Made by a program: the position numbers and the translations under genes. Positions 50,801 through 63,505 of a stretch of 64,000 bases of DNA are shown piece by piece (the stretch's first letter is position 1; each line of letters begins with the position of its first letter). This DNA is from Setoptus koraiensis (lineage: Eukaryota > Animalia > Arthropoda). Under the pieces are notes generated by a model. It worked only from the letters and a program-made list of their open reading frames with translations. It was not told the DNA's origin and did no database searches. The DNA lies in contig CM106585.1 in assembly GCA_048013815.1 (NCBI GenBank), positions 9,672,001-9,736,000 of the forward strand, given 5' to 3'.

Positions 50801-53800
50801 TCAAATAAAACGAACACATGACACGAGCCCAGAATGATATCAGCAAACTGGGGCGCCGATACACGGCAACTCAGATAGAAACTGTAGCTGAGCTTGACTA
50901 GTGAACCGTGATCATCACTCACTGCTGGCGATCTACATTCGAGCTCGTCCGCAAAACTCCACCTAGAGCGTTTACATTACACACAATTTTCGGTCAGTTA
51001 GCGACAACGAAGCGAACACGAATGCGAACACGATCGTCATCGCGAACAAAAGACACCCAAATACAGATAAATGCATCACTTGGCTAGACATAAATAGTAT
51101 GAGGTGGTCGAGCGAAGGCCCTGGAGTAAAATCATCACGGATCAGCATCAACGTTTCGAGGCGATACCCCCAAGCATTGAGGCGCCAGCAACGTTCTGGT
51201 GTTTTTCGTACCTCATTGCGCGGATCATCACGCTCACACAAAATCCGGCATAAGTTAACAATCGACCCACGAACACACAAATCGGCCTAGGGTGATATGG
51301 CTGCGCTCCATGATGCTTTTACGGACGAATTCTTTGTTCTTTTAGTCGGCAAATATCGGCTGGGGATAGATCGACAAAGAAATCTTGATTTAGAATACGT
51401 AACAAGGCGCCTCGCTGCTGACTGATCTTATCCGATACATTTTCGATCCATGGATTCCTCGACTTTGTAAGTAGTCACTTATTACTTAGTGAGCCACTGG
51501 TAACAAGCATAATCGGGGCTTATTGACTGCACTTTACACCGTAATTGGTGTTCGCTCAAAAACTCTTGCAACGATTATAATCCGAGAAGCGCATCCATTT
51601 CGAAGTGGCCTAGTTCAGCGGTAAGGCAAAATAGTATATCTTGCTGGAGAGGGGACTTTAAGTTATCGATTAAGTGTGTCACCACTCTAATCTTAGTCTT
51701 ATACTTTGAAAAAAAGCTAAAACCAAACAAAATCCGTTTTCATGAAATCCGAAACTCGGATTTTTCTCTTTTTGACGGTCGAAATCGATTATTCAAATAA
51801 TTCTAGCGTAGTTGTCAGTTTTTTTTTGAATCACGAAATCCCGAAATGAATCAACCCTCTCCAGCGACGTCTGGTTAAGAATTTTAATTGAAGATTAGGA
51901 GAGGACATACCCTATTTTTCGGTTTTTATAATAGAGAAGGACAAAATTCGGTGTTTTCAATGGTAGAGCAGCAAAGAATTGCGAGAGAATCGCTTGTTGG
52001 AAATTTCTATGCAGAAACAATCCGAGAAAATTCTTATATGGATATCCGATGAACTTCTAGGTGACCAATTTTCCTGAAATGCGAAGGCAAGAATGGAAAC
52101 CTATACATCGACCATTGACTAGCTAGCCCTTTTGTTCCAAGACCGTATGGTAAAGTTGATTTTTTTTCTTCGATTTTTCTTTCGGATTGTCCCATTCCAA
52201 AATAAAAATTCTGCGAAAAAAAAGAGTGGCTTGTTAACGAAAAACCGGAAGCAGAAATAAACCAGTTCTTGGATGATTCACCTGGGAAAAACCTCCCTGA
52301 ACATGCCTTATTTTTGAAAACCGAAGCCCTAAAATAAAAACATCCCGAAACGGGACAATCCCTCTCCAACAACAGTGTTCAGAAGAATCTCTCTAGGAGA
52401 GTTGATTCAGCTCATTCACTTCCATTTAGAATTCGACTTTCGTACTTGGTTTTCATCCCTTGAGAAAAACCCATAAAAAACCTTTGAATTCAACTGACGG
52501 TTGCCGGTTTTTCAGTAGGCCTTATTTCCGGTGAGAACTACAGTTAGAGAGAAAGTTAGAAAAAAATGCCTCAGCGCTTAAAAATTGTAATATCCGGTCG
52601 AAAGTGTAGATGCAAAAAGGATCTTTTCATAAAAATCAGCACAATCCATATTGCGAATGCGTAAGTGAATTGTGTAGAAAGGGGCGCCTTTCTGACAGAA
52701 CTAAGTTTTTGAAAAGAAAAAATTGCTATTCCATTTAATTGTTTCCCGCTTTGTTGGAATGCAATTATACCAGAAATTCGTCTACATGCACTTAGATACA
52801 TTGATGGAATTCGGCAAGGAGAAAGAATTTTTCTTTCTCCTAGCTGAGATGGTTGAGTTGTGGGGCTGGACGAAGTTTTTCTATCCTATCTTATGGAAGC
52901 AATTTGTTAATTTTTAACGATGTCGTATAATAGTGTGGCTAATGGAATAATGACATGCCACAGAAACTACTATTCTGGGGTACTAGAAACTGATGCCGAT
53001 AATTTCTTTTTTTTTCCCGAAATAATGAACTCGGTTGCAACTAGCCACGAATGTTAAAACTGGGCACAAGGTGAAATGAGGTTCGCCAGTGGCTTCAGTT
53101 GAAATTTTCCAATAATGTTAATAGTATGAGTCGTTTAGTTAACTTAATATCGTGCTCTTTAGCCATGGTGAAAAAGAAAAACGAATTTGCTTTCATCATA
53201 AATCATGACTTACATAACTGGTGGCACAAACAAGTAAGGAACAAAAAGCTGTGACAACGCCATACAATGGAACAATTTGTTGGCATTAGCTCACTTGGAT
53301 CAGTTGTTGGATGGGTTGCTAGTGATGCTATAGGTACACCAGTGGGCTAACAAGCGAGTGTTTAGCAAAAACAAAATTTAATGATGCTAGATCATGATAG
53401 GTCGTGCAGCAGAGGCCAACAGATACAATCCAAAAAACGTTGCAATCTAGCCATTCGATCAATGATACACATTGAAAAATGATACCAGTTTTCTGAGGGG
53501 GCACTAACAGTACTATCAACTGTTGGTAATGTTATCAACTGTGTCAATTGTATATCGGATTGAATGCTGTTAGATAGATGATGATATAAAACAACTCTGT
53601 GTCATCTGTGACCTCCGAAGGCCTCGTCCCAGCCCCAATTTTCCTCTGTCTGGCCCGAATCGCAAATCAGTTGCTGAATTCTCTTTCAAATATTTTAGTT
53701 TTGTCCAGCGTGCCATAAATAATTATTGTAGTGTGCTATCACTATAAGTTCGAAGATGTGAGTTTCAATTGATCTAGATTGATGATATTTCGAGCACCAG

Positions 53801-55080
53801 CAGTCTACCAGGGCTATTCTGATCGGAGCGAGCCCAATCTAGCACCGGCCGCCGGCCGGTGGTCTAATGGAAATAGAGATGCCGATGCATATATAATGCA
53901 CACTTAATATGAAATGTTAATCCATGGCCACAACAGATCACGACCGGTTATCCAATAGATCCCTTGTGTCACAGTGGTCAAATATCTGTACGCTTTTTCG
54001 GTGTTGAGATTGTTGACCGTGGGATTTTAATGATTTTTCAAGTAAGCCTAGCAAAGAAAATCGCAATATATTACTGTTTTTGACAAACGAAAACGATATT
54101 TCAAATTAGTAGAAAATGCTCAAGTATACGCAATTGAACCTAGTGAACTCCAATCAAAAATTCATAGCTGGCTGTGAACGGTCGTTCAACATTGAACCAA
54201 CCGTTATTTGTCGGAGGTCCATTGCCACATCTTAATGGATGTACAGGGCTCCAGGTTCGTGTGGCAAGTATGGGCTGGTGTTGGCTCGCTCCAGCGATCA
54301 TTGGCTTCATTTTGCTGACAATACTAGGTGATCGATCAATGTTTCCCGTAATCAAGCCCAATACACTGGTCAATTAAGAGGTCGGATCGATGTGGCCTTA
54401 AAGAGAGCCAATGCTTGTGGCCCAAGAGAGTGCAAGTTATCTCGGCCCAGTCGGCGGGCCGGTCTGTTTTTGTGTGTTGTTAATCGAGCCCGAACTATTA
54501 AGATGGCATGCAATCATCGCTGTTTGTATGCCTGTCCGGTGTCGCGCGGTGGCCAAACAGCACCAACACCAAAAAACTGTTTGAGCTGCTCTCATTTCTC
54601 TATTGGCTAGCATGAGAAGTTGGGGCCAGTTGGGGAAAAAATATCTAACTTGTTTCACTGGGCCATCTAAACAACGGTGGTCCATTACACAGCGGCGACT
54701 ATATTAACTAAAAATATGTCAGAGGCCAAATTGCAGCCTCTCTCTCTCTCTCTCTCTAGAGGTCCGTTCGCGAGGGAAATCATCTATCATACGAAGTGAG
54801 TGGAAAAGAGTTGCAAGCTTGCAGCACGCTGCCAAAGGGATCATTACTGTCCGTTCGGTCTAGCTGGATGGCTGTCCCTCTAGTGGAGCGACTGTTCGCT
54901 TGGTCGAGTTTGGTTGGGCCACCTCGTGTGCTAGTGATAATTATTGTGTCGATTGGGCACTATCGCTACTGTGCGTGTGTGTGTGTCGCAACGAACATGC
55001 CCAGAAAATTCTAAAGGGGCTCTCAATTGGGGAATGTCGCATGGAAACATCAGCAAAAGTTCTCGTGAGCCCATTAGGCA

Positions 55081-55395
55081 TCATATATTAGAAGTCAGTA
55101 CATCACATCTGTGTGCGCTGCAAGCAAACCAACCAGTTGCCATAACAACACTTCCGTCTTGGCCATTGTTACTATTGGCACATACGTCTTGCTGCATGAT
55201 ATTGATTTGGGGCGAGCCAACTTGGTGTGCCGACAAATGAGAACTAACTAAATTGTAAGCCACAATATCACGATCTACAGTATTGATTCGCTTTAGCTCG
55301 ATGAGAACGAGTCGACAGTGTGCACCCTTTGATAGAGAGTCAATCCCGATTGCAGCCAACAACAACAAAACACAAAGTGTTGATAGGAAACGCAT
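55081..55395 (-). CDS. Candidate small secreted Cys-containing protein (104 aa), nested antisense in the last IQ-gene intron
   Basis: ATG 55395 starts MRFLSTLCVLLLLAAIGIDS (basic n-region, hydrophobic core, small residues); non-repetitive mature part with 4 Cys; no family recognised. Confidence 0.45.
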   Translation of the reverse strand: MRFLSTLCVLLLLAAIGIDSLSKGAHCRLVLIELKRINTVDRDIVAYNLVSSHLSAHQVGSPQINIMQQDVCANSNNGQDGSVVMATGWFACSAHRCDVLTSNI

Positions 55396-56387
55396 TTCTA
55401 GATTGAAATAGGGACCCTCTGTCGCCAAGTTTCGCTGATTAGCTGCCCTCGTGTAGCTACACTGGGCCCAAGTGTGGGCCCGGATTTCGGGCTTAATTTT
55501 CGGACGTCGCTAGCCGCACTATAAGTTGACACGGCAGCAGTTTTAATATAGCAACGAGAACAGCGAAAACGGCACTGGTAGTGGCATCGATATAATAGGC
55601 ATTATTTAACTAGATTGGCTGCAACAGCAAATGGCAGCTACATTGCACTCAAGAGAGATAGAGTGTGCGTAATAAAACAACAACAAAAGTAGCCATTAGC
55701 GACATTAGAAAAAGTCTATTAAGTGAATCGAAAGTCTGCAAGCTTTATCCTCAACGAACGGATAAACTAATGGCTGTGTCTCTCTTTTTTATGGACCTCC
55801 CACATCAACAAAAGTCGACAAAGCGAGCGGCCCGCCAGGTAAAAGCCCATTGCAATTCGACTGTCGAGCAGACACAATACAATATTAAATCTAAATTACA
55901 TAACATAATCCAGCATATACCGATCTATGACTGATAAACTGAGGCCATCTTTTTTCATTTCAGCGCGCCATTTAAGTCAGGTTTTCTTTTGACGACATGT
56001 TTGGTTTCATAATAAATCATCTGCCTCCATTCGGCATAGTCTCTCCACTCGTTTTCGCACCTTTTTCGATGATTTTTCTAATTTCCGGAATTTTCTTCGG
56101 AGAAAAAAAATCTTGTTGACTTTTTCTGAACTTTACTATAACTCACTTCCGGTTTTCTGTTCGCCACGAACTAATTAGCGCTTATATTAACAAACGAAAA
56201 ATTCTTTCTCTTTCTCATCTATGTCGCCTTATAATCTCAAATTCGCAACAACGCATTGGTGGATATTGGTGCATTCGGACTTGACACGACCAAAAACTTA
56301 ACAAAATAAAAACAAAATGAAAAAAAAAATCATCACGATTGGTGCAAAAATCGCCGAAAAACCGATTCTTCGAACGCATCCGAGCAG

Positions 56388-56564
56388 GCGGAAAGCGGCG
56401 GTCCACCCGAGGAGGAGGCACAGAAGGCGGCGACGAAAATCCAAGCCGGCTTCAAGGGATACAAGACACGAAAAGAGTTGGAGGGCAAACTGGGCAGCGG
56501 GCCCGGCGCCGAAACGGGCGCAAAGTCTTCGCCTTCTGGTCGAGACAACGGCAACAACAAATGA
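56388..56564 (+). CDS. igl: IQ-protein terminal exon with IQ motif (KAATKIQAGFKGYKTRKEL)
   Basis: Manual translation of a frame absent from the ORF track: AESGGPPEEEAQKAATKIQAGFKGYKTRKELEGKLGSGPGAETGAKSSPSGRDNGNNK*. The IQ is unambiguous. Acceptor gagcag is phase 0 but weak, so the 5' boundary is uncertain. Confidence 0.75.
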   Translation, partial: AESGGPPEEEAQKAATKIQAGFKGYKTRKELEGKLGSGPGAETGAKSSPSGRDNGNNK

Positions 56565-57643
56565 CAGCTCTAATGTTGACGACGCATACACACTAAAACT
56601 CATTTATTATACACCAAAACATAATTATATTATTACATAACCAATCATATAACATTACACAACAAATATAAGTGTGTGAGCTCGTGTGTGTGTGGTTTAC
56701 CTGAGTGTGTTTATTGGCTGATAAGGGGTGCCTGTGTGAGTGTTGATCGTAATCGCACGAGGAGCCGGGTCTCGCTATCGTTATCAGCGTGATGGGAGCT
56801 GAGCAGAAAAGTTTATAAAATGAGATAACACCAACATAAATCACTGTGTCTATGGCTATCGCTGTGAATCGGGTGAAATCTGCAAGCTGAATTCAATTAT
56901 TATTAGTGTTGCCATTAGCATTATCTATCTGTAGAGTACGTTGGCCACTATTCAGATTGCTGGCAACAACAACAACAACAACAACAGCAACAATACCGAC
57001 AAACACGGTCGATCCCTTCCACTGCTAGCACCGGCCTGGTCAGCGAGACTGACCAGCACGAGTAATAGCATTATCCGGCCGTTAGATGGACCGTTAACAC
57101 ACATGCACTCATTGGTACGCATCATCGCCGCAGTTAGATCTTGTGGTGCAGATTGGATGGCGTCCAGTGGCAGAATTAGGCGCGCTTTTATATTTGATTA
57201 CGGTGGACACCGGGATGTATGGTTGCCAGTGTTGTTGTTGATATTCAGAAACAAACAAGCATTCAAAGATAACAACCAACTTGCTTGTTTGTTCTTTTGT
57301 TTGCCTATCCGGATGACTGGTTGTAACACCGTCAGCTGCACCACCACCAGGTAACATCAATCAGCTTGGTGTAGGCTCGCTGTTGCTGTTGTTTCGTCGG
57401 TGGCCGTCGCCAACAACAACTGACGGTCGCAACAGCACCAACAACAACACTGTCTCGGCACGTAGCGGCAAACTATTAGCAGCTTGTAGCACATTGATTA
57501 TCATTACGATAACACTGCCAATTATTCAATTATGTACATATTATCAGCATAATTTATTACATACTTTATACACGCTTGCATTCACTCACAAGAAATACTC
57601 ACGACACATCTCTAGCGTGTCTACATGTCTACTTATTGAGCCA

Positions 57644-57674
<31 letters not shown>

Positions 57675-59537
57675 GCCTCACTTGCCACATATTGCTAGCC
57701 ACGTAATGTTGCCTCATCAAGCCACTAGACCGCTCTCGCAGTGGACAGACGGAAATTGGCAGCGGAAGTAGTGAGCAGTTTCTTATGTTGAACTTTGTTC
57801 ATTCGTAACTGGTTGCAAAAAACACCGCCAAACAAACCGTTGGCACACAAACAGCCCCGTGTAAACGCTGTCGCAATTACCCAGCTAACAATTGTCAATG
57901 TCAAGTGAGCCAGACAAGTAGTTGAGCTAGTATGAGATGATGACTTACGAAACGATCCCAACGAGCTGGCTTTTAATTAGTTTGATAGAAATCAATTCAG
58001 TCTGATTGAGAGCTTACAGATACATAATAATATCAATACATGTAATAATAATCGTCTCTTAGCACACCACGGAGCCTATAACACGTGATCTATTGATTTA
58101 AACACACACACAAATTTCAGGTAGCGACCACCTTAACCAGCCTGCATATTATGCTACTCACAAGAAACCACTAACAGCAACAGCAACAACTACAATCACT
58201 TTATTACTCTCATACCATATTGCATCACATGACCTTATTAATATAGACAGCTCACGCAAAGCAAATAGCTTATGCTCATCTATTGATACAATTGTCAATT
58301 TACATGTAATCAATATTATCATAATGAAACCGCCCACGCGTTGTTTCTGTAAGCAAACACTCTCACTCGAGTCACATTAATATTGATGATGATGAATCAA
58401 ATCTCATACAGACGAGTGATAGAATGTTGAAAATATTTCTAATGTAAGGTTATAGATGATAATGATAAAAACTAATTTGTTGTTGTCGGCGGCCCAAACT
58501 TGATTATGCAACAACCAGCAAATACTATCACACAAACAAGCGAACAAGTGACATAGAATGATGGCTTCATGTGGGAGTTGATGCAAACCATTCAATTTAT
58601 TCAAATGACGAGCGCTTTGATTGAGACTTCATCTATAAGATCATGTAATCGAATGTTTGTCACGTGCGTCAGCCGAGTCAGTGTTACATTCCAAGCTCAA
58701 TGTATTGCTTACCATCATAAAGTTAATACCGTTATTGCGTCATCTACATACTATTACAGGGACTACTAGTTACCCACAACTGCTATCCACTGATACCAAC
58801 AACAACAGACAAGCTACGCGGACATTAAGGCCCCTCTAATGAGCTCATCCGGTTTGTTACAGCATCTGGATGGGTCAGCCAAGCGAAACAACACACTCAT
58901 GCCCATCCCCAAAAACATGCACCCACTCAAGGTATACACGACGCACGACACACGACGCACGACACAATATACATAAACACACACACACACACACGAGAAT
59001 AGATAGAATGGTACAGAGTATCCACCTATATTATATGCACTACATCAACAACATAAACACACAACCACAACAACAACCAAAACACTATCGTGACACATTG
59101 GCACCATCTAATATATATACTGATAGCATTAAGAGAATTAACGCATATATTAAGATAATTTAATTGCATTGAAGAACTCACAATGGCATCATTAATCAGA
59201 ATATGATGATTTCAGAAACGATTTATTCGATCATTATGACTACTGCACTAAACTAATTCGCCTGATGACATTGGCACAGCGAAACACACACACACACCCA
59301 ACGAGGTATTCCCAAAATAAGAGACATTCAACAGTACATTGAATCAGCACAAACAATAAACATCAGGATGATCCAAGCGATTCCATCTGATCACCTCGTT
59401 CGTGTTGCTCTTATTTTTTCCCTTTTCACCCCAATCTTAAATGGCGATCAATAATGGTGAAATTAGCGCCCGTAACAAACCTGAGAGCAGTTTGGTTGCC
59501 TATACAAACCAGCGTATACTGTAGCAGTATATGCTGG

Positions 59538-60115
59538 CTAGCCTGGTGAATCGAGCTGTTCTAGCCAGCGATAAAATTTGTCTTTCATTCGGGCCATTTT
59601 AGCAATATCACGATGCTGGGAGTGTGCCTCGAAGTAGCTATCCATGTCGAAGTTCCCCAGTCAACCGTCATTATCTACTTCCTGTAACAGGTGATCGATG
59701 GCCTCCGAGCTGGGGTATTGTATTTTTTCATCTGTTACCCTGTCTGACTCGTCGAGAATAGTGGCCAGCTCATAGAAATAGTCGGAGACGCTCTTCTCTG
59801 TTTCGGCGAGCCAGGCCTGTTGTTCCTGTTGTAGCTCGTGACTCAATCTGAAGGATCTCTGCTCTGTAGGGTAGAGTTTTAGTGCGCCTATAAATAGAGA
59901 AATCATCACGTACAGAATGTGTCGTATCAAATCTGTCGACGGACAGTTCTCTTTCGCATAGTCGTGTACTGCTTGAACTTTGGCCGGCCAGGCTGTTGGT
60001 ACAACTTTTGCGAGATTTCTTGTCCATCGATCGCACTTTGAGAGGTCCTCTCGCTAGCATAGGCAATCACAAGCACTGACGCAACAACGGCGACAGTGAA
60101 CAAAACTGAATTCAT
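59538..60115 (-). pseudogene. Disrupted gene for a secreted helical protein (one frameshift, one in-frame TGA)
   Basis: Signal-like MNSVLFTVAVVASVLVIAYAS; after a shift at GAGAG (about 60052) a 130-codon frame opens, then TGA at 59661-59663, then 40 more protein-like codons to TAG at 59538-59540. Confidence 0.45.
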
Positions 60116-61105
60116 TTTCGCGCGCCTCTCCTTGTGTGCTAGTATCGCTGAATATCCTGAGGCCATTGTCAACGTTTGCGAGAATTTATCAAGACACCGT
60201 TGTTGACTGAAATTCAATTGATGCGTGTCGTTCGATGGTATTGCGAGTACACAAGCACTTATTCTCATGTCGTTCGACACGAATCTATTTTCGTATTTTC
60301 ATCTCGCTATCTCCTTATGCAGAGTGGGCTTATTTGGTCGAGTATAACAATGGTTTGTCGCAGCTTGATCACGCCAGTGGTACTAAAATGCCATGCTGCT
60401 ATGCCTTGTGTTATCGTAAGCGAGAACAACGAAGAACGATATTCATTGAACAGTCAACTTGGTATCAACCTGTGATACCTAGACTTTGGATCATAATATT
60501 CGCTTACTAGCAACAATTGAAAACTGTAACTGTACTTGGTAGGCTCGGGATTGCTGATGTTCACTTGATGTGTGTTGATGATGATAGAGACGATGATTTG
60601 AGGGATTTTATCATAGCTGGTCATTATTGAGATGGACAGTGTGATGCAGCAGGTACTCTGGACAAACAAGCGCCATTGTCCGTGCAAATAGACAATGCTG
60701 ACCAAACCACAACACTTTCGCTACCGCGCTTCTCCAGTTAACACTTCCGTTACTGCGGCGTGATTTGTGCTTAGAGCAGGTGAGCGGGCAAAGAAAAGAA
60801 AGGTAAGATCGGTTAAAATTGAGACAAGGTTCGACTTCGAGCCGCATCGCTAACTCTAGCAGTCAACAGGTCAGTTGCTGGGTGGACGATCATTTATTCA
60901 ATTATTTATGGTGTATAATGTTATCCTGAGCCGCTTCCAGAAAACCTTCCTCCCATCTACAGAGTTTTTACGAAAAGCGTGATCATTTTTGGCGGTTCAG
61001 CGCAGACGATCGTCTGACGCAGGCGATCTGATTTTTCTTCTGGCGTGTTGCACAACTCTTTGTGCTCATTTTCGCTTAAAATTTTTCTTCACTGTGACTT
61101 TCAAA

Positions 61106-62014
61106 ATGACTCCACCAAGCTCGTTTAAGCTTGATGGGCGTGTTGAGCAGCTGCACAAGCTAGGCTATTCACATAGAATGATCATTGCGACACTAAAAAA
61201 GGAGCAGATTTGTACTTCGCACGGACTTGTGCACAAAATCATCCATTGCATAGGCAAAAAGAGAGAGCTGTGCGATCGAACAAACTTAAAAGTTCGACAC
61301 AAAGACAATATAAGAACACCCACAAAGTTAAAGAAAATAGCGGAATATGCATCACAAGAGAACTCACCAACTCAAGCATCGATCGCGAGAGAATTGAATG
61401 TCAGCACATCGACAGTCAATAAAATCCTGCATGAGGATCTAAAATTGGTAACAAAGAAGAAATACCGAACTCATGATTTAACACAGCTGCACATGATACA
61501 ACGATGGGTAAGAGGTAAGCGTATACTGAGAGGCCCACTGCTTAAGCGCAACATGGAATATGTTGTCACACTGGACGAGTCGTGGCTGTGCTTGTGCGAC
61601 GTAGACGCGGTGTCGCCAATTTGCTATCTGCCAAAGAATGTGCCTGTGCCTGCGCACTATGCAGTGACCAAGAAATCCCGATATGGCCCAAAAGTGATGG
61701 TAGCGGGGATAATGAGTGGCCGGGGCAATTTACCCCTTGTTGTTGTGCCGCGCCAAACAAAATTCAACAGTGATTTTTACATGGACCAAGTTATGGTGCC
61801 GCTCATCACTGAATGGCTGCCTGTGCTGTATCCAGGCGAAATGGATAAAATTTTCATTCACCATGATGGTGCTACCAGCCACACATCAGAGCAGACCAAA
61901 AGAGAATTGGATGAATTTAGGGCGTGTTTTGGGTTTAGTTACATCGCCAAAGAAGACATTCCCCCTAACAAGGTAAACCTCCTAGGGGTGACACTCAGAA
62001 TACGCCCACTATAG
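61106..62014 (+). mobile_element. Tc1/mariner-superfamily transposase, 3'-truncated
   Basis: N-terminal HTH-like region (SQENSPTQASIARELNVSTSTVNKILHEDLKL), first catalytic Asp in VVTLDESW, KVMVAGIMSGRG, second Asp in FIHHDGATSH; similarity stops at IPPN before the SPDLNP-type motif; no TIRs found. Confidence 0.9.
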
Positions 62015-63505
62015 TCTCTATGAACTCTCCAGTGTACCGAGAACAAGAATACGCTAGTCTCGTTCCCAACTTCGGCCAAAAAAATTCTAGATTTTTCTTC
62101 GTATTTTCTGAAGTTAGACCCACTATTTGGATCCACAATAGTCCATCAAGCATCCACGGATGATGCTTATGGTAGAAGATAAATTTCTGAATATATCAGG
62201 ACTGATAATGAAAATTTTGGTTGATTGGTTGGTTGGTTGGTAATTCCTAGCGTAATTAATACAGCCAGCGTATTCGTAAAGTAGTAAATGGGCGGATTTC
62301 AACAAACATAGTTGTCACCATCTTTAGAAACACCACGCTACTATTTTGGGAAATATCTTCAAAAGGGGTACCAATCCCAGGCTGGTCATTGGTGTCAGTG
62401 ATGTCCTCCACTGGCTGAACTATTCCTTCTTCCGGTTGAATAGCCTCTTCATCTGGGCAACCATCGTCCATCACCATCGGCTGGGATTGACTCGAAATTA
62501 TGGACTGCGAGAAGTCACTCAGCTCCTCCATTGATTTCACAATCTCTTTTCCTAAGATAATGATAGGATCAGATTTCAATTTGTATACGTCTGCATCGGT
62601 CAAATAATAATGAATGATGCCATGGGGATCCATTTCACCCTTGATCAATGCTGCTATATACTGAATGGCCTCCGAAGGGCAGGCTCCAATCGGATTCCTC
62701 TCCTCGCACTGTGACACTAGAGCACGATCAACTTTAGTTGACAGACACTTCTGAAAGAGCTCCTTAACTGTTTTAAACTCTTCTTCGGTTTGAATAAAGG
62801 CTCTATGACCAACGAGAATGGATAGTGTCTGGACACGAACGCCCTTGTATGAATGTTAATCCATAAAACCATGTCATGTTTTTGAATTATGCCATTACTA
62901 TCGCCCCCCAAAAAAGGCTCCTTTCCTCGGAGTATGCTACCACCGTCGTGATATGACTTGTCAAACCCTAATCGCAATGGCCTGATAGAGGCACACGAGG
63001 GTGGAATGTAACCTTCTAACCCATATTCACTTATATCGATGTATTCCAGGTGGAAGGCGCCACAGAATCTCTCGTACAATTCTCCCATATCGATGTTAGT
63101 GAGGAATTCCAACAATACCCCGTAATCGTGTAGGCCATCCTCACGAGCTTTCAAATCGATGATGCCTCTGCGATCGAAATCCTACTTACCACCGATGTGT
63201 TTATAAACAAGCTTGGCCTCCACTGACTGGATATTGTTGGAATTTGTCCCAACATATATTATGAAGAATCCTTTTGCAACAGGTCTATCCTCGGTGGGCC
63301 GATCACCTTTGATAATAACGACCGCATGAGGGCGTTTTGTAGCCTTTCGATGACCAATGTATATCAGTGCTTCTCCTGGTTCATTGAGTAGGAAATATTT
63401 GGAAGAGTACATCCCCGGACCAAGAACATTAATAGAAGGACGTCCTTGACTGGCATATCTAAGCCGTAACATGTTTGTAACTAGTCGCCTTCTGATATAA
63501 CCCAT
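61975..63505 (-). pseudogene. Chain of degenerate protein-like reading frames of unknown origin
   Basis: ORFs 63182-63505 and 62717-63154 are one frame split by a single TAG; further overlapping frames continue to about 61975; non-repetitive amino-acid composition; not identified. Confidence 0.5.

Noticed and set aside
50972-51280. DDPRNEVRKTPERCW resembling the GTP cyclohydrolase I N-terminus
   Set aside because: No other FolE motif in any frame
61970-62173. Intron rescuing the transposase C-terminus (AAG|gtaaac ... ctgaag|LDPLFGS)
   Set aside because: The spliced product does not restore SPDLNP or a third acidic residue
62123-62305. KSAHLLLYE as a USP deubiquitinase AYLLFY motif
   Set aside because: No Cys box or GHY His box found upstream in any frame
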